DNA of 64,000 nucleotides from Paramoeba atlantica (GCA_977017575.1 CDRNVI010000014.1:372001-436000); one strand, 5' to 3'; numbered from the stretch's first letter, positions 44,849 through 55,676 are shown. Translations and numbers: made by a program. The notes: generated by a model not told the origin, from the sequence alone.

Positions 44849-44921
44849 GGCTCACATTAGAGAACCTCACTCATCAGAGCAAGGCTTGAGAATAGGTGGG
44901 TAAGACACAGTGGGTAGGGGC

Positions 44922-47900
44922 TTATGCCCCTACCAAAGACCCCGCTGGATCCGCCACGGGGATGCGTGACACCATCATCCGGGCCTGCGAACGCATGAGC
45001 GTAACATTCAGCTCCGTCAAGAGTTCATTTCGCGCTTGGCTCCGTGACAGGAACCCCTTGGACGCATTCGCCCGTTGCGTTCCGATATCCCGGAGTAACG
45101 CTAGGGCACTTTCACTCCAGGACCCAAAGGACTCTACAACCATTGCTGTGAAGAGATGCCCGGCTTCGTCTGCTTCTTGTCGCTGTCGCGCCTTGGTCTC
45201 GGCATAGTGCGCGGCAAAAGACCCTGGGGTCACCCAGCTAGCATTACGGACTGAGTCCAAATACTTTAATTGCTGGGCGTGGGTGACCGCAAAGTCCAAT
45301 ACCATGCCTTGCGCCAGAGTCCCTTTTGCCAAGGATGCAGTGGGCAGGAAGACATCCGCAGGCCTCGTGAGAGCTCCTCCGGGGCCTCGGTTTCCGAGAC
45401 TCATCTCGCGCCGTGGTCCCAATTGGGCCTTGGAACAGAAAGATGTGAATTGTTGTGCCAGGGAGTTGTGGCGGGCGATGATGCCATGCCCATTTTTACA
45501 GAGCAAGGCGTGTTCACCGTTCTTGAGGAGAGGGAGGGCACAGCCTTCGGCGGGACAAGGCCTATCCTCTGGGAAAACATCCACCCCCAACCACCAACGT
45601 GATAGCGTCCGGAACTCCGTGGGGGTGAAAGCCAACCCTCTTTGCTTTGAGGGTGTCACAAAAACCCAGTTTCCGGCCCCTTTACCTGACTGAGAAACCC
45701 AGCGTGCCCTTGTTCGGGCGTCTGCCCTTGCGTAAGCAGCATAGAACTCCTGTTCAGCGATTGCGTGGCTCAGGTGTTTTTGTCGTGGTACGATGGTTTC
45801 TGGTTCTGTGGTGTCGGGTAAAAGGGGGTGGCGGAGGGAATGGGAAAGTTTTCTTTTCGCTGGGCGTGACTGGGCGTCCCGTGCCTCGTTGTGGTAGTCT
45901 GGTGAGCTTGGCTTGAGGATACGTCCAGTATACAGATCGACCAGGACAGTCCCAACTTTTTGATTTATTTCGCGTGCCGAATCAAGAAACCCTTCAGCTT
46001 CGGCTGCATCCCACTTATCCTTGTCGGAGGCAAAAGCCACAGAAGAAACGTATGCGGCCGAGTGGTGAAGCAACGATGAGCGAAGGCCGAATCCCCCGTA
46101 ACGTTTGGGCCGTTGTAGTTGGTCACGGGGGGGAAGATCAAGAGGAAAAAGTGCGTGTTCCACAGCGCGCATGAGGTGAAAATCCAGCTGACGACAGAGT
46201 TCTCCGAGGCCTTGGGGAGGGGTGGTACGCAGTGCGTATACCATTTGGCAGAATCCGGCGCACTGCCTTATAAGGGCGAGGGCCACTTGCGGGTCTTCTA
46301 TCAGGGAAATGGCTTCCAACGTATCGCGGGCTGGCTCGATCGCGTGTGTCCTTAGGAAATTCGCACAGTGTTCTGGAGAGCCCACCGGACTCCCAAGGAT
46401 ATCAAAGTTTCCGTCATACCTTATTTTGTCGCTAGGAATGTCGGGGAAAAAAGCAGAGGTGTGGGCAGACGCAGGGGGGGTGATGATTTCACATTTTGAG
46501 AGGTTCAGAAAGAGTCCCCACTGAGTTCCCACTTCCGCGAGAACGTCTAGTGCCTTCCGGACTTCCTGTGGTTCGCCAATGATCACACCGTCATCGAGAT
46601 ACCATAACTGTGTTTGGAGCTTTGTACGCGATGCGATTTCCTCCGTTGCCCCCGACAAAACCAAAGAGAACAGGAGGGGACCTAGGGGATCACCTTGCTG
46701 CACGCCCTCGGCCGAAGGAATTAAATTGTCACCAAATGTTAGACAGCTGTGGTTGGCGTAACACCACTCAACCCATGGGGACAACTCGGGGAAATGCTTT
46801 CGCGTGAGGAAGATAAACACCGGCCTACTGACATTGTTAAAGGCGTTGCGGAGATCCACTTTACAGAAGATTATATTTTCGTTTTCCATGTTGTTGAGCA
46901 TCAACCTACGACAATTGTGAATGACTCGCTCTGCTCCGGCGGGCGCCGCAACGCCGTACTGTTTGCGGCCGAAGAAGGAACTTGCCTTTTCCTTTAAAGA
47001 AAGACACGCTGCCTTGCTGACCAAACGTCGTAGCGTTTCCCCCGCAGCAATAGGCCTCACGTCTTCTTCGTCCTTTTCGAGCGCGCAGAGTCGTGCACCT
47101 GCAAAGAAGGGGTGTACTTCATCCGGGCCTCTGCCTGCTAAAAGGTGGTTCACAAAGGACGTGAGCGCCAGGAGTGGATCCATGTTCTGGTCAACATGCT
47201 CTTGCAGTGCTGCTTGTAGGTGTTCGGGTCGAAGACCCATGGTTCCGGCGGAGGAGCCGCGGTGAAAACTATTCACGGCCTTTTTTACTTCCGATTCGTC
47301 CAGCTGTAAAAAGTCTTCTTTCAATGGTGGCAAAGGGCAGGAGATAGGATTCCCGTGGGAGCTAGGATGTTTCCTTTGCAACTTTCGCAATGTTTCTTCG
47401 TTGTGCGGCGCGAGGGGAGCTGCCGTCAGGGCTGCCATTCCTCTGGAAAATTCCCCGTCACGGACCAGAAGTTCTGCTCGTACTATAGCCTTTTCCACGT
47501 CGTTCTCGTTGCTCGTGTTCTTCGGGCGTTTTCTCTCGTGATCGGACACAGCTTGAGACCAAAGGGTCGAGTATTGTCCTTCCATCCAAAGCTCCATTCT
47601 TTTGAGAATGTACGACGAGTAAGTGATATGGGCTTTGCGGCCTCCTCGGAACGGGGCTGGAAGGACGCACTTTGGAAGTAAGGCAAGGAGCGTCCACGCC
47701 CTCACTGAATTTTCGCGCACCGCTGTGGATAGGGCGTAAGTCAATATCTGGGCCCACATGCGTCGGCATCGGTGTGGGACGTCTTTGCAGGTGTTTATCG
47801 GTGTCGTGCATATTTGCTCCAGAGAGGGTAGCTCGGCCGTGCCCTGAACATCGTAGATGGCTTCTCCTAGGCATTCCGAGGGTTGCGAGGGTGGAGGTGA

Positions 47901-48716
47901 TTGCACGGCGTGCCCTTTGCATTGGTTCACGTGCGCCGTCTTTTTGTTGAGAGCGTAATGTCGACCGCATGCGGCGCACAGAAAGCGGCCCTCTTTCTCC
48001 CACCAAACACTGGAAATTGCTTCCCCATGCCTGTAGGCCACGTGGTGGTAATAGTACTGCCACTGCCCTCCGTGGGCTTGCGTCTTCCAGGTACACCCAT
48101 CTGCAGGACACTCTCGTTGCGGCGGATCTTCCTCAGAAATGGGCGGGGTCGCAGGAACCTGGTCACTTGCCAGGGTCGGGGCCTGAGGAGTGGTCACTCG
48201 TGATACGTTTTCCGTAGGTTCGAGAACGTGGGGGCCCCGCGTCGTCTTGTAGTCCGCGGTTTCCGCTTTTCTTGTATTGGCTTTCTCTCGGGCCTTCTGA
48301 GGTTTCGTAGCGCCCCGAAGCTGACCCTTAGAACTCGGAGGTGTGGCGGAAGCTCTTCGACGAGGGAATTTCTTAGCCATGGAATTATTATCAAGCTGTG
48401 TGGTATCAACTTCGAGATTCGATCTGATGAGAACACGTGAGTGGTTCGTTTCTTCGTCGCCTCCATTTTCGCATCCTGTATCAGGCGTTTGTTGTTGAGT
48501 TAAGATGGAGGCGGCATTCGCGCACCAGTCATTAGGGACATTCGCAGGAATCGGAGTTGTATATAGCAGATCATTATACGTGCTTGGATGCTTGATGAGG
48601 TGTGCGTTTCCAGCAAATTGGTCCCAAGATCCAGGTAGATGTATGGATTCCTCTTGTAGGAATGTATCGTCGTCCATGAGGGGAAGTGTCTCTTCGTGTG
48701 GGCTGATACCAGACAT
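44922..48716 (-). CDS. A2 polyprotein (LsmAD-like, 2 zinc fingers, RT, CCHC, RLE), 1264 aa
   Basis: Same motif set as A1, with YLDDG and no stop codons. Confidence 0.92.
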   Translation of the reverse strand: MSGISPHEETLPLMDDDTFLQEESIHLPGSWDQFAGNAHLIKHPSTYNDLLYTTPIPANVPNDWCANAASILTQQQTPDTGCENGGDEETNHSRVLIRSNLEVDTTQLDNNSMAKKFPRRRASATPPSSKGQLRGATKPQKAREKANTRKAETADYKTTRGPHVLEPTENVSRVTTPQAPTLASDQVPATPPISEEDPPQRECPADGCTWKTQAHGGQWQYYYHHVAYRHGEAISSVWWEKEGRFLCAACGRHYALNKKTAHVNQCKGHAVQSPPPSQPSECLGEAIYDVQGTAELPSLEQICTTPINTCKDVPHRCRRMWAQILTYALSTAVRENSVRAWTLLALLPKCVLPAPFRGGRKAHITYSSYILKRMELWMEGQYSTLWSQAVSDHERKRPKNTSNENDVEKAIVRAELLVRDGEFSRGMAALTAAPLAPHNEETLRKLQRKHPSSHGNPISCPLPPLKEDFLQLDESEVKKAVNSFHRGSSAGTMGLRPEHLQAALQEHVDQNMDPLLALTSFVNHLLAGRGPDEVHPFFAGARLCALEKDEEDVRPIAAGETLRRLVSKAACLSLKEKASSFFGRKQYGVAAPAGAERVIHNCRRLMLNNMENENIIFCKVDLRNAFNNVSRPVFIFLTRKHFPELSPWVEWCYANHSCLTFGDNLIPSAEGVQQGDPLGPLLFSLVLSGATEEIASRTKLQTQLWYLDDGVIIGEPQEVRKALDVLAEVGTQWGLFLNLSKCEIITPPASAHTSAFFPDIPSDKIRYDGNFDILGSPVGSPEHCANFLRTHAIEPARDTLEAISLIEDPQVALALIRQCAGFCQMVYALRTTPPQGLGELCRQLDFHLMRAVEHALFPLDLPPRDQLQRPKRYGGFGLRSSLLHHSAAYVSSVAFASDKDKWDAAEAEGFLDSAREINQKVGTVLVDLYTGRILKPSSPDYHNEARDAQSRPAKRKLSHSLRHPLLPDTTEPETIVPRQKHLSHAIAEQEFYAAYARADARTRARWVSQSGKGAGNWVFVTPSKQRGLAFTPTEFRTLSRWWLGVDVFPEDRPCPAEGCALPLLKNGEHALLCKNGHGIIARHNSLAQQFTSFCSKAQLGPRREMSLGNRGPGGALTRPADVFLPTASLAKGTLAQGMVLDFAVTHAQQLKYLDSVRNASWVTPGSFAAHYAETKARQRQEADEAGHLFTAMVVESFGSWSESALALLRDIGTQRANASKGFLSRSQARNELLTELNVTLMRSQARMMVSRIPVADPAGSLVGA

Positions 48717-48763
48717 TGAGAGTAACCCGTACCTCGGAAAGAGATGAAATAGAAAATAGAAAT

Positions 48764-48799
48764 CAACAAGGTACAGAAACTGTATCTTTATCGTTAAAG
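48764..48799 (-). other. SL-like 36-mer at the 5' end of A2
   Basis: Identical to 39106-39141; preceded on the minus strand by poly(A). Confidence 0.8.
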
Positions 48800-50785
48800 T
48801 TTTTTTTTTTTTGTTTTTTTTTTTTTTTTTTTTTTTAATAAGGGGGGAGAAGTATGAATCGCGGCATTGCCTCTATATTTTGACCCAGTAGACGAACCAA
48901 GTAGGTCCATTGGGGGGGGGTATACGAGTTGAAAACAAGCAATCAAATTAGCAATTCTTTTTCTGTCCACAGATGTACCTTTTTTCTCAGCCCAAAACTA
49001 GCAATTTAGTCTCCCCTAAGTATATACTACAAACAAGAAAAACAGTAAAAATTAAAACAAGCAATCCATGCCCAATCCATTCGCGCGTTCCGGACCGGGT
49101 CTTTCGACCTCTCCACGGCCTGACTTGTGAACCCTTCCCTTGTTATATGGGAGGGCGCAGGCGCGGGCCTGTGTCGACAGCGACACGGTCACGAAACAGG
49201 ATGCTGGCCGACGGGGAGGAGATTCACTACCCGTGTACTACCTCACTTGGGGTACCTAGCCCTCGCGGGCTAGGCGTGAGTATAGACTCTGTCGACCCGA
49301 CCAGCATCCGGGCTCACATTAGAGAACCTCACTCATCAGAGCAAGGCTTGAGAATAGGTGGGTAAGACACAGTGGGTAGGGGCTTATGCCCCTACCAAAG
49401 ACCCCGCTGGATCCGCCACGGGGATGCGTGACACCATCATCCGGGCCTGCGAACGCATGAGCGTAACATTCAGCTCCGTCAAGAGTTCATTTCGCGCTTG
49501 GCTCCGTGACAGGAACCCCTTGGACGCATTCGCCCGTTGCGTTCCGATATCCCGGAGTAACGCTAGGGCACTTTCACTCCAGGACCCAAAGGACTCTACA
49601 ACCATTGCTGTGAAGAGATGCCCGGCTTCGTCTGCTTCTTGTCGCTGTCGCGCCTTGGTCTCGGCATAGTGCGCGGCAAAAGACCCTGGGGTCACCCAGC
49701 TAGCATTACGGACTGAGTCCAAATACTTTAATTGCTGGGCGTGGGTGACCGCAAAGTCCAATACCATGCCTTGCGCCAGAGTCCCTTTTGCCAAGGATGC
49801 AGTGGGCAGGAAGACATCCGCAGGCCTCGTGAGAGCTCCTCCGGGGCCTCGGTTTCCGAGACTCATCTCGCGCCGTGGTCCCAATTGGGCCTTGGAACAG
49901 AAAGATGTGAATTGTTGTGCCAGGGAGTTGTGGCGGGCGATGATGCCATGCCCATTTTTACAGAGCAAGGCGTGTTCACCGTTCTTGAGGAGAGGGAGGG
50001 CACAGCCTTCGGCGGGACAAGGCCTATCCTCTGGGAAAACATCCACCCCCAACCACCAACGTGATAGCGTCCGGAACTCCGTGGGGGTGAAAGCCAACCC
50101 TCTTTGCTTTGAGGGTGTCACAAAAACCCAGTTTCCGGCCCCTTTACCTGACTGAGAAACCCAGCGTGCCCTTGTTCGGGCGTCTGCCCTTGCGTAAGCA
50201 GCATAGAACTCCTGTTCAGCGATTGCGTGGCTCAGGTGTTTTTGTCGTGGTACGATGGTTTCTGGTTCTGTGGTGTCGGGTAAAAGGGGGTGGCGGAGGG
50301 AATGGGAAAGTTTTCTTTTCGCTGGGCGTGACTGGGCGTCCCGTGCCTCGTTGTGGTAGTCTGGTGAGCTTGGCTTGAGGATACGTCCAGTATACAGATC
50401 GACCAGGACAGTCCCAACTTTTTGATTTATTTCGCGTGCCGAATCAAGAAACCCTTCAGCTTCGGCTGCATCCCACTTATCCTTGTCGGAGGCAAAAGCC
50501 ACAGAAGAAACGTATGCGGCCGAGTGGTGAAGCAACGATGAGCGAAGGCCGAATCCCCCGTAACGTTTGGGCCGTTGTAGTTGGTCACGGGGGGGAAGAT
50601 CAAGAGGAAAAAGTGCGTGTTCCACAGCGCGCATGAGGTGAAAATCCAGCTGACGACAGAGTTCTCCGAGGCCTTGGGGAGGGGTGGTACGCAGTGCGTA
50701 TACCATTTGGCAGAATCCGGCGCACTGCCTTATAAGGGCGAGGGCCACTTGCGGGTCTTCTATCAGGGAAATGGCTTCCAACGTA
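48800..50785 (-). mobile_element. 5'-truncated copy of A2
   Basis: Appears identical to the 3' 2 kb of A2 (offset 4462); ORF 49384..50781. Confidence 0.92.
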
Positions 50786-51433
50786 AAGTTTTTTTTTTTT
50801 TTTTTTTTTTTTTTTTAGTGACCTTATAGAAGAAAGTAAGAGGTAATAAAACAACAAGCAACAACTCTCCTTTTTTTTTTGCGATTAATAAGGGGGGAGA
50901 AGTATGAAACGCGGCATTGCCCCTATATTACCCAATACATGAACCATGAAGGTCCATTGGGGGGGGGTATATGATTTGTAAACAAGCAATCAAATTAGCA
51001 ATTTCACATGTTGTAGCCCAAAACTAGTAATTCAACCTGCCTTAAGTTATTTATGATTCTGATAACAATAATAATAAAAAAGGAAGCAATCCACGCCCAA
51101 TCCATCCGCGCGTTCCGGACCGGGTCTTTCGACCTCACCACGGCCTGACTTGTGGACCCTTCCCTTGTTATATGGGAGGGCGCAGGCGCGGGCCTGTGTC
51201 GACAGCGACACGGTCGCGAAACAGGAAGCTGGTCGACGGGGAGGAGATTCACTACCCGTGTACTACCTCACTTGGGGTACCTAGCCCTCGGCGAGCTAGG
51301 CGTGAGCATAGACTCTGTCGACTCGACCAGCTTCCAGATCAGTTGTTTCCGAGGGCGCTAACGTGGGCCTGTGCCGACAACGGTGTGGTTAGGAAACGAT
51401 TATCCCACGAGGGCTACTTACTCCGTTACCAAG

Positions 51434-54400
51434 CTATTGCTCGATCAGCGGAGTGGGAAGGTCGTCTACCGGCATTCTTGATATCATCATACGTGCCTGG
51501 CGACGCATCAGCGTTATGTTCAAGTCTGTGACGAGCTGTAGCGTAGCTGCTCCGTCACTGAGAATGCCGTTGGACGCTTTGGCCCGACGTTCTCCTACTT
51601 TCCGAAGTACTGCTAAGGCACTAGAGCTCCAAGAGCCGTAGCTCTCTACGACCATTGCTGTGAAGTCGCTTCCCGCCGACTCAGATTCACGGCGCTGTCG
51701 AGCTTTCTGGTCGGAGGCGTAGTGCTCAGCGAAAGACCCCGCGGCCACCCAGCTAGCATTTCGGACTGTGTCCGTGTATTTTGATTGCTGGGCGTGAGTG
51801 ACCGCGAAGTCAAGCACTATAGGTTTTCCGAGGAAGAGGCTCGGCATGAAGACGTCCCCCGGTCTGGTCAAGGCGCCCCCTGGGCCCCTATTCCCGAGGC
51901 TTTTCTCGCGCTGGGGTGCTAGGTGGGCCTGGCTGCAGGTGGCAGCAAACTGATCGACTAACGAGTGGTGTCGCCGGATGATACCTTCCCCATGCTTACA
52001 CGTGAGAGCATGGTCTCCGTGTATGTCAAGGGGGAGCGTGCAGTTCTCCCTGGGGCATTTTGATTCTTCCCCGTAGACTGGTACCCCCAACCACCAGCGG
52101 GACGAGGTACGGAATTCTGTTGGGGTGAAGGCGTGACCAGTGTCTTTGGATGGCGTTACGAAAGCCCAGCTATTGGCCCCTTTCCCGCTCTGGGAGACCC
52201 AACGTGCGCGAGTCCTGGCGTCAGCCTTTTCATAAGCTCGCGAAAATTCCGTAGCTGAAATCGCGTGGCTTATGTCCCTTTGGCGGGGGATACCCTTTTT
52301 CGCCCAGTCCGGCAGCTTCGCGTCAAAGCAATCCTCCGTTGCATACAATGGGCATGACGTAGGGGGGAGATCATCGGGTGACAAGGGGGGGCGATCGTGT
52401 GGAAGGGAAGGGGGATTCGCAGATGAAGTAGGATCATGGGTATCCGGCTGGCGTGGGCGCTTTGCGGGGCGATGCCTCGGAGGAAATTCTTCGCATTTGT
52501 GGTGCGGGATAGTGCACACACGGCCACTTGAGTTGAGAAGCTTGGTGCCAACCTTCGCGTTTATGTCGTCAATAGATGATAGAAAGCCTTCTACTTCGGA
52601 TGGATCCCAAGAGTCCATGTCTGCTGCAAAAGCAACCGAGGAAACGTAGGCTGAGGTTGCGTGAAAGGATGCTGACCGTAACCCGAATCCTCCGTGTTTT
52701 TTCAGGCGCTGAATTTGGGACCGTGCAGAGGGAGGCAAGGGGCATAAACATGACTCTACCGCGTGCATGAGAAAATCATCCAGACGCTCGCATAAAAGTG
52801 TAAGTGATTGTGGTGGGGTCGTGCGGAGAGCGTGGACCATTTTGCAGAACCCGGCGCATTGCCGAATAAGCGCCATTGAAACCTGTGGGTCTTTGATTCT
52901 AGTTATAGCTTCTAACGCCGTTTCTGCTGGTTCAATGGCGTGCGTTGTCAGGTATTCGGAGCAATACTCTGGGGATCCAATCGGACTTCCTAGAACGCTA
53001 AAGTCGCCACGTACGTTGATTTTGGTGTCCGGTATGTCGGGAAACAAATTTGTCACGTTAGCCGAGGCAGGGGAGGTAATGATTTCACACTTCGACATGT
53101 TCAAGTGCAAGCCCCAGCGAGGGCCTACCCTGGCGATCGTGTCCAGTGCATTTCTGGTGTCTTGGGCCTTGCCTATGAGAACCCCGTCGTCAAGGTACCA
53201 TAATTGTAGGTCCAAGTCGGCTTGGTGATTGATTTCGTTTGCTAATTCCAGGGCGACCAGGGAGAAGAAAAGAGGTCCGAGGGGGTCCCCTTGTTGGACA
53301 CCTTCGTCCGATAGGAGCGTGTGGGTTCGGTAAGTCAATGCACTAGTGGTGGTATAGCACCAGCTTGCCCATGGGAATAATTCTGGGAAGTGCTCGCTTA
53401 CAAGCTTCAGGAAGGCGGTTCTGCTAACGTTGTTAAAGGCGTTTCTGAGGTCTACTTTGCAAAGAACAAAGTCAGGGTTATCAGTGTGGATGGCCATGGC
53501 TTGTCGACAAGTGTGGATTATGCGTTCAGCTCCGACTGGTGTCGCCACTCCGAACTGTAGCCCTGCGAATATGCCGCTTGCCTTGGCTTTAACTACGTTG
53601 CACGCAGTTTTGCTGACCAATCGACGAATAGTTTCCCCCGCAGCTATGGGTCGGACGTCGTTTTCGCCCTTTTCTAAGGCGCAAAGTCTGGCTCCGGCGA
53701 AATACGGTTGAACCTCTAGAGGGGCTTTACCGGCTAGAAGGTGATTTACGAGGTTTGTAATAGCTTTGAGAGGTTTCGTAGTGTTGTCTACCTGCGCTAG
53801 GAGTGCCACTTGTAGGTGTTCTGGGCGTAGGCCCATGGTTCCGGCGGAGGAGCCTCGGTGAAAGCTTTTGATGGTTTTCGCGACTGTCGCTTCATCTACC
53901 TGTAAGGGCGCTGTTGGTGGGGGGGTGTAATCGATGGCGTCGCTGTCTGAAAGGCGGCACGGGTGTTTGTTCTGAAGCTTGATATACGTTTCTTCGTCGT
54001 CAGGAGCCATTGGGTCAGCCGTGAGTGCTGCCATTCCTCTTGAGTACTCGCCTTGTCGAACCAGCAATTCTGACCGGATGGCAGCTTTTTCCTCCTCATC
54101 GTGAACTATGTTAGGGGTTGCGGATTGCTTTTTGAGGGCGTTGTTTACTGTATCATTCCACAAGGGTACGTAATCTTGCGCCAGCCATCGGTTCATGCAC
54201 TTTTCGACGAATGATGCGTATGTTGTGTGATTCTTGCGTCCTCCTCGGTGCGGAGCTGGTAGGAGACACTTCGGGAGCATAGCGAATAACGTCCACGCGG
54301 CGGGGGAGTTTTCCTTGACTGCGTTTTCGGCCGTTTTTGTTAAGATTTCTCCCCAAAGATGACGGCATCGGGCGGGGACGTCTTTGCAAGTGCTCAATTG

Positions 54401-55306
54401 TGTCTGAGAAATAGAGGCCAACGAGGGAAGCTCGGGTTGATGCATCTGAGTTGTGGGGGGGTGGCTTTCGTCGCTTGGGTGTGACATGTGTGATGGGCTT
54501 TGAGGGGTTGTCATCTTTCCCTTGCAGGACTGTGGGTGTGTTTCCCTTTTATTGACATCGTAAGAGCGCCCGCATGCAGCACACAGGAATCTACCTTCTG
54601 TAGCCCACCAGGCGGCAGGGATGCTGCTACCGTGGCGACAGGCGACGTGGTTATAAAACGCTTGCCACGATACCCCGTGCGCCGGGCTCCGCCAAGTGCA
54701 TCCCATCGCCGGGCATTCTCGGAATTCTTCTCTGTTTTGTGTAACTTCGGTGGCTGAGTCCTTGGCCTCAGCTAGGAGAGGTGAGGGAGGGTTTTTCTCT
54801 GTCGCCGGTATTCGTTTAGAATGCCTCGTGTCTGTCTTCGTGGGTCCTTTCGAGGGAGAAACGTTGTGTAGCAGACGGGGAGAGACGTCCTGTACTACGG
54901 CATTAAGCTTCAGTGTTTTGTCGGGGGTCCGAGATGCAGGTGCGTTCTCATGAGTTGTGCTCTGCCGTCTTACCCCACAGTGTTGCATTTCCTCGTTTTC
55001 TGCCTCAGTATGGCCCGTGTCTGGAGTTTCCCTCTCCTGTGCAATTTGGCGTGCGTGATCCATCCATTCCGCGGGAATATCCATGGGGATCGGCGTGGTA
55101 TAAAGTTGCTCGTTGTATGTACTTGCAGTGGAGATCAAGTGTTTGTTCCCCTCAAACTGGTCCCAACTGCCGAGTCGGTGGGAACGCTCTTCATCGGTGA
55201 AAGTGCCTTCGCTGAGCTTACCTTCGTTTGTGTTAGTCAATATGTGGGGTGAAGGTGGATTTTTGTCTAGGCTTGCGCGAGATCGAAGACTTTGATCGCT
55301 TTTCAT
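51434..55306 (-). CDS. B polyprotein (LsmAD-like, 2 zinc fingers, RT, CCHC, RLE); probable ATG at 55306
   Basis: WDQFEGNKHLISTASTYNEQLYTTPIP..ARQIAQERE, VRPIAAGE, VDLRNAFN, GVQQGDPLGP, YLDDG, CPRENC..HALTC, RPGDVF..LDFAV. Confidence 0.92.
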   Translation of the reverse strand: MKSDQSLRSRASLDKNPPSPHILTNTNEGKLSEGTFTDEERSHRLGSWDQFEGNKHLISTASTYNEQLYTTPIPMDIPAEWMDHARQIAQERETPDTGHTEAENEEMQHCGVRRQSTTHENAPASRTPDKTLKLNAVVQDVSPRLLHNVSPSKGPTKTDTRHSKRIPATEKNPPSPLLAEAKDSATEVTQNREEFRECPAMGCTWRSPAHGVSWQAFYNHVACRHGSSIPAAWWATEGRFLCAACGRSYDVNKRETHPQSCKGKMTTPQSPSHMSHPSDESHPPTTQMHQPELPSLASISQTQLSTCKDVPARCRHLWGEILTKTAENAVKENSPAAWTLFAMLPKCLLPAPHRGGRKNHTTYASFVEKCMNRWLAQDYVPLWNDTVNNALKKQSATPNIVHDEEEKAAIRSELLVRQGEYSRGMAALTADPMAPDDEETYIKLQNKHPCRLSDSDAIDYTPPPTAPLQVDEATVAKTIKSFHRGSSAGTMGLRPEHLQVALLAQVDNTTKPLKAITNLVNHLLAGKAPLEVQPYFAGARLCALEKGENDVRPIAAGETIRRLVSKTACNVVKAKASGIFAGLQFGVATPVGAERIIHTCRQAMAIHTDNPDFVLCKVDLRNAFNNVSRTAFLKLVSEHFPELFPWASWCYTTTSALTYRTHTLLSDEGVQQGDPLGPLFFSLVALELANEINHQADLDLQLWYLDDGVLIGKAQDTRNALDTIARVGPRWGLHLNMSKCEIITSPASANVTNLFPDIPDTKINVRGDFSVLGSPIGSPEYCSEYLTTHAIEPAETALEAITRIKDPQVSMALIRQCAGFCKMVHALRTTPPQSLTLLCERLDDFLMHAVESCLCPLPPSARSQIQRLKKHGGFGLRSASFHATSAYVSSVAFAADMDSWDPSEVEGFLSSIDDINAKVGTKLLNSSGRVCTIPHHKCEEFPPRHRPAKRPRQPDTHDPTSSANPPSLPHDRPPLSPDDLPPTSCPLYATEDCFDAKLPDWAKKGIPRQRDISHAISATEFSRAYEKADARTRARWVSQSGKGANSWAFVTPSKDTGHAFTPTEFRTSSRWWLGVPVYGEESKCPRENCTLPLDIHGDHALTCKHGEGIIRRHHSLVDQFAATCSQAHLAPQREKSLGNRGPGGALTRPGDVFMPSLFLGKPIVLDFAVTHAQQSKYTDTVRNASWVAAGSFAEHYASDQKARQRRESESAGSDFTAMVVESYGSWSSSALAVLRKVGERRAKASNGILSDGAATLQLVTDLNITLMRRQARMMISRMPVDDLPTPLIEQ

Positions 55307-55357
55307 GGGGAAGGACGCTAATCCCCGGGGAGTAACTAAAGAAAGGAAAAAAAGGTT

Positions 55358-55393
55358 CAACAAGGTACAGAAACTGTATCTTTATCGTTAAAG
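55358..55393 (-). other. SL-like 36-mer at the 5' end of B
   Basis: Identical 36-mer; preceded on the minus strand by poly(A) then GA. Confidence 0.8.
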
Positions 55394-55395
55394 TC

Positions 55396-55676
55396 TTTTT
55401 TTTTTTTTTTTTTTTTTACATTTTATATAGCAATTTCATATTTTGGAGCCCAAAACTAGCAATTCGACCTCCCGTAAGTATAAGAACAATAAAAACAATA
55501 ACAATAAAAACAAGCAATCTATGCCCAATCCATTCGCGCGTTCCGGACCGGGTCTTTCGACCTCTCCACGGCCTGACTTGTGAACCCTTCCCTTGTTATA
55601 CAGGAGGGCGCAGGCGCGGGCCTGTGTCGACAGCGACACGGTCGCGAAACAGGATGCTAGCCGACGGGGAGGAGAT
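55396..55676 (-). mobile_element. Isolated 3' UTR fragment of A3 type with poly(A)
   Basis: Near-duplicate of about 55750-55993, bounded by T-runs. Confidence 0.8.

Larger units (their letters stand above)
44352..48799 (-). mobile_element. Full-length CRE/SLACS-like group-2 element A2
   Basis: SL-like 36-mer at 48764-48799, intact ORF 44922..48716, structured 3' UTR, poly(A) at 44352-44368. Confidence 0.92.
50789..55393 (-). mobile_element. Full-length CRE/SLACS-like group-2 element B
   Basis: SL-like 36-mer at 55358-55393, intact ORF, structured 3' UTR, double poly(A) tail with a ~55-nt extension. Confidence 0.92.

Noticed and set aside
44855-44885. CTGATGAG on the sense strand of the A2 3' UTR
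   Set aside because: No downstream GAAA core, and it is absent from A1, A3 and B.
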